DNA from: Candidatus Poribacteria bacterium
GTDB taxonomy: Bacteria; Poribacteria; WGA-4E; WGA-3G
DNA: 64,000 nucleotides
Direction: 5' to 3'
Assembly: GCA_003635255.1 (NCBI GenBank)
Contig: PYJC01000133.1
Span: 6,686 to 70,685, forward strand
Position 1 is the stretch's first letter. Each line of letters opens with the position of its first letter. The position numbers and the translations under genes were made by a program. Shown here piece after piece: positions 56,031 to 64,000 of the stretch. The notes under the pieces were generated by a model, which saw only the letters and a list, made by a program, of their open reading frames with translations, had not been told where the DNA came from and made no database searches.

Positions 56031-57131
56031 ATGGAAAAACGCTACTTCGATTTCAGGGATATTTTCCAAGTCATCCGCTACGGATTCAGCGGACGAAAGA
56101 TCGCCGTTCATCTCATTGGACTCATCATCGCGTATCTGATTTATGAAACTTTGGTATATCTCAGTCTCTTCGTTGTAGGTGGCACTGCCGCTCAGAACTT
56201 TTGGAATACTTACGCACTCCTACCCGTTCCGCCGTTCAGTAACGCAGAATTCGCACAGATCACTGAAATCGCAATGTGGATCGGCGTGGGCAGCTTCGCA
56301 TGCATCTTTTTCTTCGCAAGCACCGTGGCTTCCAAAATTACCATTGAGCAACTCCGCGGAGATTTCTTCTTCTCAGTCGGAAATGCCGTGACCTTTCTCA
56401 AAGGGCACTGGAAGTCTGTTGTAGGCGCGTTCATCAGCTTATGTCTCATACAGATATTTCTCGCGCTAATACCGTTTAGCATCGCGTGGATCGGAAAGTT
56501 ACCGGTCATCGGAAAACCGTTTCTCATGGTCGCCTCACTGTTCATGCCGATCGGCTTTTTTCTCGGTATGCTCATAGCATTAATCGCTGTGGTCTGCTGT
56601 GTGAGTCTACTCTTTGTGCCTGCGGTTGTCGCGACTACAGGTGCCGATGCGTTTGAAACAATCTATCAGCAATTTACCATCGTTTGGAACAAATCGTGGC
56701 TCACGGTGTGTTATGAAGCGATGTTGTTTCTGATCAAACTCATCTTTGTACCCATCTGGGCGTTTTTCTGTCTTGCCGGCTTTTCAATCGTCCTGTATCC
56801 GATGTGTCTATTCCATCCAGGACAGATGGAACACATCATGGGGCGCGCAAACCTATGGCTCGGTGGGGCTGTTGACCAGTTCGCGATGCTACCGTATATT
56901 AACAATTTCGGTGTTTTTAACATCGGCAGTGCCATGCAAGAGACATCCGCTTTCATTACGACAGTAACAGCAATTTTTCTCACAATCACGCTCCTAATGG
57001 GAATCGGAGTGGTGATTGCATACCTGTTTTCAATCGCTTCCGCCGGAAACACGGTCATTTATACGATTTTGCGCAAGAAAATTGACGGATATAACTTGTT
57101 AGTTCCATTGCATGCGGAATCGACCGAATAG
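56031..57131 (+). CDS. polytopic membrane protein, unknown function
   Basis: It has about 8 hydrophobic segments and no recognisable motif. Confidence 0.55.
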   Translation: MEKRYFDFRDIFQVIRYGFSGRKIAVHLIGLIIAYLIYETLVYLSLFVVGGTAAQNFWNTYALLPVPPFSNAEFAQITEIAMWIGVGSFACIFFFASTVASKITIEQLRGDFFFSVGNAVTFLKGHWKSVVGAFISLCLIQIFLALIPFSIAWIGKLPVIGKPFLMVASLFMPIGFFLGMLIALIAVVCCVSLLFVPAVVATTGADAFETIYQQFTIVWNKSWLTVCYEAMLFLIKLIFVPIWAFFCLAGFSIVLYPMCLFHPGQMEHIMGRANLWLGGAVDQFAMLPYINNFGVFNIGSAMQETSAFITTVTAIFLTITLLMGIGVVIAYLFSIASAGNTVIYTILRKKIDGYNLLVPLHAESTE

Positions 57132-57180
57132 TGCAGGATTATTTAGTTTTCGGTTTTTTGGTTTCCCAATTTTAGACACC

Positions 57181-57216
57181 CCAGGCCCGGTAGGTGCGGT
57201 TTGGAACCGCACCGGG
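57181..57216. repeat. solo CCAGGCCCGGTAGGTGCGGTTT..AACCGCACCGG hairpin, flanked by inverted T-rich/A-rich arms (57140-57235)
   Basis: It belongs to the same hairpin family as 45373, 53578, 53647 and 53900. A degenerate copy is at 36138-36170. Confidence 0.7.
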
Positions 57217-57509
57217 ACCGAAAAAGAAAAATCAAACATTTAGAGAGCCCGATAATTTGTCTAAAACTAAATCACCCTGCGAATAGTGGACTGCACAACC
57301 ACCTCTTTATGAAAAAGGGATGGTAACCTTAACGCGGTCATTCTCGTAAAATTTGAAAATATATAGAAATTTGAGTAAACAATAGTCTGCAACGCCTCTT
57401 GGACTGGCAGGGTTTGTAACTTCCAAATCTGTCGCGAATCAGAGAAACCTCTCTTTCCGACAACTCTCACTGCGCGGCAAACTGATAACCATCAAATAGG
57501 ATAGCAACT

Positions 57510-60344
57510 ATGTTCCAAAATATGCTAACAAAAGTCTTCGGTAGTAAAGAAGACCGGGATGTCAAAAAATTTCGCGACATTGTTGAAGCCGTCAACCAAC
57601 GCGAACCAGATGTCAAAAAACTCACAGATGCACAACTACAATCCAAAACACCTGAATTTCGCCAAAAATTAGAGGCAGGCGCGTCGCTTGATGAACTCCT
57701 ACCAGATGCGTTCGCTATCGTCCGAGAAGCAGCCGTGCGGACGTTAAAACAACGCCACTACGATGTCCAAATTATGGGCGGTGCCGCACTCCACCAAGGC
57801 TGCATCGCCGAGATGCGGACAGGTGAAGGTAAAACGCTCACCTCAACACTTGCTGTCTACCTCAACGCACTCACCGGAAAAGGTGTCCATGTCGCCACCG
57901 TTAACGACTATCTCGCACGCCGCGATGCTGAATGGATGGGGAAAATCTATAACTTCCTCGGACTTTCCGTTGGGCTCACACTCAACCTAATACCCTATGA
58001 ACAGAAAAAACTCGGATACAAGGCAGACATCACCTACGGTGTTCACAGCGAGTTTGGATTCAATTACTTGCACGATAACAGTGCCCTCTCGCTTGAGGCG
58101 AAGGTGCAACGCGGGCACGCCTATGCGATCCTTGATGAAGTCGATAGCATCCTCATTGACGAAGCGCGGACACCGCTCATTATCTCAATCGCCGCCGGTA
58201 AACCCGCTGAACTCTATAGGCAAGTCAACAGCGTTGTCACACACCTCAAAGAAGGCGAACATTTCCAGATTGACCAGCAGGGGAAGTCGCGCGGCTCTGT
58301 AACACTCACCGATGAAGGCGTTGAAGAAGTCGAACGCCGCCTCGGTGTCGGCAATCTCTACGAACATACCAATATCGCGATGGTACATCACGTCAATCAG
58401 GCACTCACTGCAAACCACCTCTACAAACGCGATGTCGATTATCTCGTCGAAAACGGCGAAGTCCTCCTCGTCGATGAATTCACTGGACGAAAACAGATTG
58501 GTAGACGGCTGAGTGAAGGATTACACCAAGCGATTGAGGCGAAAGAGCGTGTGAGAGTCGTTCAGGAAAACGAAACCAGTGCTAAGATTACCTACCAGAA
58601 CTACTTCCGTATGTACGATAAACTCGCCGGTATGACAGGAACCGCCGCCACAGAGGCAAACGAATTCGCGCATATCTACGGGTTAGAAGTTGCTGTCATC
58701 CCTACCAATGAACCCATGATCCGAATGGATCACGCCGACCAAATTTACGCAACCGAGGAAGCAAAATATAACGCCGTCTTGGAAGACATCGGCGAACAAC
58801 ATGAAAAAGGGCGTCCAATACTCGTCGGTACAGCCTCGATTGAAAGCTCTGAGAAACTCAGTAAGATGCTCAGAGCCAAACATCGAGACATCAAACACCA
58901 GGTTCTGAACGCCAAGGAGCACGCACACGAAGCCGATATCATAGCACAAGCAGGTGTCCCCGGTGCCGTGACAATCGCTACGAATATGGCAGGTCGGGGT
59001 GTCGACATCCTACTCGGCGGGAACCCGGAAGGCTTAGCAAAGGAAACGCTCCGAAAACAGAAGGTTAAGGTGGAAGAACTACCGCCAGAATCTGAAAAAT
59101 ATCAGGCAGCATTTGAAGCAGCAGAAGCCATTTGTAACGAAAACAAAGAAAAGGTGTTAGCCGCAGGCGGGCTCCATATCGTCGGCACAGAACGCCACGA
59201 GTCGCGTCGGATTGATAACCAGCTCCGTGGACGTTCTGGCAGACAGGGCGATCCAGGCTCGTCCCGATTCTATCTCTCCCTCGAAGACGAATTGATGCGA
59301 AAATTCGGATCCGAACGTTTGCAAGGGTTGATGACACGCGTCGGAATGGACGAAGAGGTGCCATTAGAACACCCGTGGGTTACCAAGTCCATTGAAAAAG
59401 CGCAGACCCGGGTTGAGCAGATGCACTTTGAGATCCGTAAAAATCTTCTGAAGTTTGACGATGTGATGGATTCACAGCGCGACACCATCTATACCTTGCG
59501 CGACACCGTCTTGGCATCCGCGACCGACATGTCAATATTAGCTGAGAGTGCGGATGCAACCGAAACGGACGCACCGGAATCGTCAGAAAACGGGAACACA
59601 CCAGGAGAAAGTGGGCTCGCAGCACTCGCTGAAAAAGGCGACAAAGCACCTGCCACCCTCAAAACAACAATCTGGCAGATGATTGAGAGGGTCGTTGAGG
59701 ATGCAGTCGATGACAATCTGCCAGAAAAGGGCGGAAACACGCTTGAAAATCCCGATAGATATGAGCAGTGGTTGACAAGTAAGTTTCCGGTCAAACCAAT
59801 TTGGAATCCGCCATTGGCACAGGCAAGTCTTGACGAGGTCGAGAAACAGACCTTGGCAACATTGCGCGAGGTTTATGAGCAACGCGAAGCCGAATTCGGA
59901 CCCGAGATGATGCGTCTTCTTGAACGCCTACTCCTTCTTGATAGAATTGATGATCACTGGAAGGATCACCTCCAGAATATTGACTACATTGAGGAAGGGA
60001 TCCGTTTCGGCGCAGGATACGGCGGCAAAGACCCGATCGTCGTCTTTAAAAACGAGGCACTCGCGGTCTTTGAGAGTATGTATCAACAAATTGAGGAAGA
60101 GGTCAGCGAATTCATCTTCAAATCTCAGGTCAACACCGAAGCACCACGCCGTACGCAAGGGCGGCGTGCTGGCAGACCGCGTAGACAACCACCGAGACGC
60201 ACCCAAGCAAACAGAGCCGCTTCAGCCAGCGATCAAGCCGAATTCGCTTCGCAACAGGCGATGGGGAACATGCCGAAGGTCGGTAGGAATGCACCTTGTC
60301 CGTGTGGTAGTGGTAAAAAGTACAAGCGATGCCACGGTGCCTAA
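57510..60344 (+). CDS. secA: preprotein translocase ATPase SecA
   Basis: [16 protein letters not shown]..., DEAD-like motor motifs ([28 protein letters not shown]) and a C-terminal zinc finger [14 protein letters not shown]. Confidence 0.95.
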   Translation: MFQNMLTKVFGSKEDRDVKKFRDIVEAVNQREPDVKKLTDAQLQSKTPEFRQKLEAGASLDELLPDAFAIVREAAVRTLKQRHYDVQIMGGAALHQGCIAEMRTGEGKTLTSTLAVYLNALTGKGVHVATVNDYLARRDAEWMGKIYNFLGLSVGLTLNLIPYEQKKLGYKADITYGVHSEFGFNYLHDNSALSLEAKVQRGHAYAILDEVDSILIDEARTPLIISIAAGKPAELYRQVNSVVTHLKEGEHFQIDQQGKSRGSVTLTDEGVEEVERRLGVGNLYEHTNIAMVHHVNQALTANHLYKRDVDYLVENGEVLLVDEFTGRKQIGRRLSEGLHQAIEAKERVRVVQENETSAKITYQNYFRMYDKLAGMTGTAATEANEFAHIYGLEVAVIPTNEPMIRMDHADQIYATEEAKYNAVLEDIGEQHEKGRPILVGTASIESSEKLSKMLRAKHRDIKHQVLNAKEHAHEADIIAQAGVPGAVTIATNMAGRGVDILLGGNPEGLAKETLRKQKVKVEELPPESEKYQAAFEAAEAICNENKEKVLAAGGLHIVGTERHESRRIDNQLRGRSGRQGDPGSSRFYLSLEDELMRKFGSERLQGLMTRVGMDEEVPLEHPWVTKSIEKAQTRVEQMHFEIRKNLLKFDDVMDSQRDTIYTLRDTVLASATDMSILAESADATETDAPESSENGNTPGESGLAALAEKGDKAPATLKTTIWQMIERVVEDAVDDNLPEKGGNTLENPDRYEQWLTSKFPVKPIWNPPLAQASLDEVEKQTLATLREVYEQREAEFGPEMMRLLERLLLLDRIDDHWKDHLQNIDYIEEGIRFGAGYGGKDPIVVFKNEALAVFESMYQQIEEEVSEFIFKSQVNTEAPRRTQGRRAGRPRRQPPRRTQANRAASASDQAEFASQQAMGNMPKVGRNAPCPCGSGKKYKRCHGA

Positions 60345-60346
60345 AA

Positions 60347-60451
60347 CGTTAAAAGTCTGTAAAGTGTCCTCAAGTCCATAAAGTTAAAAGAAGGCTTGCA
60401 CGCGCTATAACTTTCCAACTTTAGTTCACTTTAGCACATTTCGTAACTTTA
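60347..60451. repeat. inverted arrays of ~9-10-nt AAAGT / ACTTT repeats flanking a short core
   Basis: The left arm is gttaaaagtctgtaaagtgtcctcaagtccataaagttaaaag. The right arm is ctataactttccaactttagttcactttagcacatttcgtaactttaa. Confidence 0.65.
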
Positions 60452-60667
60452 ATGGAGAACGCCTTGAATTCCGAAAACGCTTACACACTCTCGAAAACAC
60501 TACTTGACATCCTCGCGTGTCCGGCATGTAAAGGCGGAATAGTACACGATGAAACGGCACAGAAACTGGTATGTACCGGTGAGTGTCAACGTCGCTACCC
60601 GATCCGTGAAGGCATCCCGGTAATGCTGATTGATGAAGCAGAATTACCTGATGAAGAACCGGGCTAA
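60452..60667 (+). CDS. Trm112/YcaR (UPF0434) family small zinc-ribbon-like protein
   Basis: LLDILACPACKGGI...LVC.GECQRRYPIREGIPVMLIDEA is the typical family signature. Confidence 0.75.
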   Translation: MENALNSENAYTLSKTLLDILACPACKGGIVHDETAQKLVCTGECQRRYPIREGIPVMLIDEAELPDEEPG

Positions 60668-60821
60668 TGTAGAAAGCCGATAGCACAGATCCGTTTAGAA
60701 TTAATCAGAAACCACCGCGGGCGGATAGAAGACAACGTACACAGCATCCATCGCGTCAAAATTGACCAGAGCCCATCGTGAAACGAAGTGGAACGATGAG
60801 CGGAGGCCCATATTTAAAAAA

Positions 60822-62063
60822 ATGAAAATTCTATTTTTGAGCCTCCGGTGTCCGTATCCACCACATCGGGGTGATCGGATCCGGTCATACAACTTTATCA
60901 AGCAACTCGCGAAACAACATGCCGTAACACTCGTTTATTTTGCAGAGTCTGAAACCGATATCGAATCAGCAAAACATTTAGAACCGTTCTGTGAACGCAT
61001 CGAGTGGGTGCGTTTCCATCGTTCTTTCGCATTCCTGAATACAGGGGTTCACTGTTTATCAAAACATCCGCTCCAGCTGCACTACTGGTACGCACCACAG
61101 ATGCAACGTAGGATTAACGAACTTCTCGCGCAGGAACGTTTTGAACTGATTCACGCGCAGCTTTTTCGGATGGGGCAATACGTGACAGAAGTCCAGGGGC
61201 CCGCTAAAGTCTTAGATTTATGTGATTCGTTGGCACTGAATCTCAGTCGCCGCGCCGAACTTGAAAGCAATCCTTGGCTCGCAAAGATAAAATTAGATTG
61301 CACTCCAAAACGTTTTTTGGTAAAATTAGAGGAAAAGCGGGTGCGGCGTTACGAAGTCGATATTATGAAGGCTTTTGATTGCGGCACGGTTGTCGCACGT
61401 TTCGACCGCGACTATCTGCTGGCACAAGATGATACCTTGAATCTATCGATTGTGCCGATGGGCGTTGATCTCGGCTATTTTCAACCGAATCCGATAACAG
61501 ACCCCGCACCGATGCTACTCTTTACGGGGACGATGAACTATTTTCCGAACGCCGATGCTGCAATCTATTTCTGTGATGAGGTGTTCCCCCGAATTCGAGA
61601 ACGGCATCCGAAAGCGTGCTTTTATATCGTCGGCAATCATCCATCCGAGCCTGTGAAACGGCTCGAAGCACAAGCGGGTGTGACTGTTACCGGTTATGTA
61701 CCGGATGTCCGTCCCTATTTTGAAAAAGCATCGGTCTTTGTTGCCCCCTTACGCGCCGGGTCGGGCATACAAACCAAAAATTTGGAGGCGATGGCGATGG
61801 GTGTACCTGTTGTCACAACTTCCGTCGGCGCGATGGGTTTGGAAGCAGATATCGGCAAGGAACTGCTTGTCGCTGATACACCCACAGATTTTGCCGAACA
61901 GGTCATTCATCTACTTGATAATAAATGCTTACGGCAAACCCTTGCACAAACTGCCAGAACCCGCGTCGAAAATAGTTATAGCTGGGAGGCTATCGGAGAG
62001 CGTCTAAAGCATGTTTATGCTCAAGCAATCCAAACACCAGGATTTGAAGCTACCTCACAATAG
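60822..62063 (+). CDS. GT4-family glycosyltransferase (exopolysaccharide-type)
   Basis: The ATG at 60822 gives MKILFLSLRCPYPPHRGDRIRSYNF. The C-terminal GT1/GT4 EX7E region is GSGIQTKNLEAMAMGVPVV. Confidence 0.8.
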   Translation: MKILFLSLRCPYPPHRGDRIRSYNFIKQLAKQHAVTLVYFAESETDIESAKHLEPFCERIEWVRFHRSFAFLNTGVHCLSKHPLQLHYWYAPQMQRRINELLAQERFELIHAQLFRMGQYVTEVQGPAKVLDLCDSLALNLSRRAELESNPWLAKIKLDCTPKRFLVKLEEKRVRRYEVDIMKAFDCGTVVARFDRDYLLAQDDTLNLSIVPMGVDLGYFQPNPITDPAPMLLFTGTMNYFPNADAAIYFCDEVFPRIRERHPKACFYIVGNHPSEPVKRLEAQAGVTVTGYVPDVRPYFEKASVFVAPLRAGSGIQTKNLEAMAMGVPVVTTSVGAMGLEADIGKELLVADTPTDFAEQVIHLLDNKCLRQTLAQTARTRVENSYSWEAIGERLKHVYAQAIQTPGFEATSQ

Positions 62064-62143
62064 CACCCCAAAGACTGACGGCAAGGCAGTGACCAGAAAA
62101 ATATGCGAAAACCCTGACCATTAAAAATTCTTGAGGACAGAAT

Positions 62144-64000
62144 ATGGATAAACCGAAAATAAAGTGGAGTTCTTTAGTTGTTGTTGATGTAATTCTTATT
62201 AACATTGCGTTCCTATTCGCTTACCTAACCAGCCTGCAATTCGGTTTTGACCTCTTAAAACAGCCAATACCGTTCTCCACCGTATTGCAGAACGCAGACA
62301 TACCTGCTTATCAGTATTTTTTCGCCAGTGCTGCTGTCGTTACGATAGTCCGCGTCGGTTTCCTATTGGGGTTCAATCTCTATAAACCGATGTGGCAACA
62401 CGCTGCCGCTCAGGAATTCCGAAAACTCGGCACCGCAATCATATTGGCGACTATCGGACTCATCGGGCTTTCCGTGCTACTGAAAATCGCATGGGTGCTG
62501 TTCTTGATTGATGGATTCTATAACTTCGCACTCATCGGGTTTACCAAATTCTCCAAACAAATCTTTCAAAAAGATAGACGGGTCGCCAGCACAAGTCTTC
62601 AGAATCCCAAAGGTTCAGACGGTGTGAACGCCTTATCCAATCTACCGGCACGAAACCCCCCCACAAAAGTCCTCATCGTCGGTGCTGGAGAAACGGGGAT
62701 CGGTGTCTTACGCGAGCTTAGAAATCATCCCGAAAAAGGGTATGTACCGGTAGGCTTCATTGACGACGCACCCCGTAAACTCGGAAGAACCGTCGCAGGG
62801 CTTGAAGTACTCGGCACTACCAGAGACCTGACGTATATCGCACGAAAACGAGAAATTGACGAGGTCGTCATCGCTATCCCCTCAGCACCCGGCGGAAAAA
62901 TTCGTGAGATTATCCGGCAGTGCGAATACCGTGGATGCCAATTCAAAATAGTCCCGAACATCCACGCAATCCTTGAAGGGCGCGCAAGTGTCAGCCACAT
63001 CCGAGAAGTCCGATTTGAGGACCTTCTGAATCGCTCCATCTCGCAGATGGACATGGCTGAGGTTTCTAAATACCTTTCTGGCAAACGTGTGATGGTAACA
63101 GGTGCCGGGGGTTCAATCGGATCCGAACTCTGCCGACAGGTAGCGAAACTCGATCCTGAACTCCTTATCCTCTTCGGGCGCGGTGAGAACAGTATCTACC
63201 ACACGGATATAGAACTTCGCGAATTCGAGCCAGAACTTAACCGCGCTTTAATTATCGGCGATATTCGAGACAACGCCAAGGTCTCCCAAATTACGCGTAA
63301 ATATCGACCCCATATTATCTTCCATGCCGCTGCGCACAAACATGTCAAGTTCATGGAGAACCACCCCGACGAAGCCGTGAAAAATAACATCCTCGGCACC
63401 CAAAATCTGATCGATGCCGCGATTAAACACAACGTAGAGGCATTTATCCTCGTCTCATCTGATAAAGCGGTGAACCCAACGAGCGTTTACGGGGCTTCCA
63501 AACGTGTGACGGAGAAATTGATTCAGTGCAAGGCGAAGCAGAACGGAACACGCTTCATCGCGGTCCGTTTCGGAAACGTTATCGGCAGTCGCGCAAGTGT
63601 CCTCCCAAATTTCAAACGTCAAATCGCTAAGGGCGGCCCCGTCACGGTTACGCATCGCGAAGCGACACGCTATTTCATGACAATCCCTGAAGCCGTCCAA
63701 CTTCTCATCCAAGCAGGGGCTATGGGAAATGGTGGCGAAATTCTGATGTTAGACATGGGAGAACCGATCAAAATCCTTGACCTCGCCCAAGACCTCATCC
63801 GTCTCTCTGGACTTGAAGTCGACAGGGATATCAAGATCGCATTTACAGGTTTAGAACCCGGCGAGAAATTATATGAGGAACTCCTTACACCGAAAGAAGG
63901 CGTTACTGCGACAAAACATCAACGTATTTTTGTAGCACAATTGGAGGAGATTGAGGAACGTCAACTCCTCTCTCAGATTAACGAACTCTCGCAGCTCGCA
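62144..64000 (+). CDS. polysaccharide biosynthesis protein, CapD/PglF/WbpM-type membrane-anchored NDP-sugar 4,6-dehydratase (3'-truncated by the window edge)
   Basis: It is absent from the ORF track because no stop is reached, and the frame is open for 619 codons from the ATG at 62144. It has N-terminal TM segments, VLIVGAGETG, a second Rossmann motif VTGAGGSIGSEL, FHAAAHKHV and SSDKAVNPTSVYGASKR. Confidence 0.85.
   Translation, partial: MDKPKIKWSSLVVVDVILINIAFLFAYLTSLQFGFDLLKQPIPFSTVLQNADIPAYQYFFASAAVVTIVRVGFLLGFNLYKPMWQHAAAQEFRKLGTAIILATIGLIGLSVLLKIAWVLFLIDGFYNFALIGFTKFSKQIFQKDRRVASTSLQNPKGSDGVNALSNLPARNPPTKVLIVGAGETGIGVLRELRNHPEKGYVPVGFIDDAPRKLGRTVAGLEVLGTTRDLTYIARKREIDEVVIAIPSAPGGKIREIIRQCEYRGCQFKIVPNIHAILEGRASVSHIREVRFEDLLNRSISQMDMAEVSKYLSGKRVMVTGAGGSIGSELCRQVAKLDPELLILFGRGENSIYHTDIELREFEPELNRALIIGDIRDNAKVSQITRKYRPHIIFHAAAHKHVKFMENHPDEAVKNNILGTQNLIDAAIKHNVEAFILVSSDKAVNPTSVYGASKRVTEKLIQCKAKQNGTRFIAVRFGNVIGSRASVLPNFKRQIAKGGPVTVTHREATRYFMTIPEAVQLLIQAGAMGNGGEILMLDMGEPIKILDLAQDLIRLSGLEVDRDIKIAFTGLEPGEKLYEELLTPKEGVTATKHQRIFVAQLEEIEERQLLSQINELSQLA

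Overview
This is a 64-kb chromosomal window from a diderm bacterium, probably metagenome-derived. I could not determine the taxon without searches. All protein calls come from motifs I recognise by eye, not from database hits, and no rRNA, CRISPR array, transposase or integrase is visible.

Contents in order:
- 2-679: the 3' end of an ABC exporter gene.
- 1.0-9.5 kb: a Fur-box-controlled iron locus with a porin-like OMP, an imelysin-like lipoprotein, a DUF1111 di-haem peroxidase-like protein, a small lipoprotein, a TonB-dependent receptor and a DUF4856-like lipoprotein.
- 9.6-12.5 kb: a GT-C-like membrane protein and an FAD oxidoreductase.
- 12.5-25.7 kb: a Fur-box-controlled haem locus with an IsdG-like oxygenase, a PepSY-TM protein, a TonB receptor, three HmuY-like genes, hmuT, hmuU, hmuV and a ferritin-like gene. 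A WD40-dockerin gene, rpsD and a PQQ-type propeller gene sit between hmuT and hmuUV.
- 25.8-33.2 kb: secreted or hypothetical proteins and several orphan transporter parts.
- 33.4-36.1 kb: rplM-rpsI, purA, tRNA-Lys and tRNA-Glu.
- 36.4-43.6 kb, minus strand: an ECF-sigma-centred cluster of thioredoxin-fold proteins, two unknown paralogues and two tandem ferredoxins.
- 43.7-48.8 kb: a secreted multi-Ig-like protein and a duplicated two-gene module of unknown function.
- 49-53.4 kb: transport and sulfatase-maturation-type genes and a dockerin protein.
- 53.45-55.1 kb: a 1.6-kb gene-free region, repeat-rich then AT-rich.
- 55.1-64.0 kb: a DUF1573-like gene, a membrane protein, secA, a Trm112-like gene, a GT4 glycosyltransferase and a CapD/PglF-type dehydratase that runs off the window end and is missing from the ORF track.

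The most interesting signals:
1. The second ferredoxin copy has an in-frame TGA exactly where a [4Fe-4S] cysteine ligand should be. The downstream frame is conserved and a SECIS-like hairpin follows, so it is either a selenocysteine ferredoxin or a very recent pseudogene.
2. The surrounding ECF-sigma redox cassette has no recognisable anti-sigma factor, and a shared promoter-like motif sits upstream of two of its transcription units.
3. Four unrelated secreted proteins share a short C-terminal KLxTxWxxxK tail.
4. Several intergenic repeat families pervade the window: heptad-periodic inverted arrays and multi-hairpin composite elements with compensatory stem changes.
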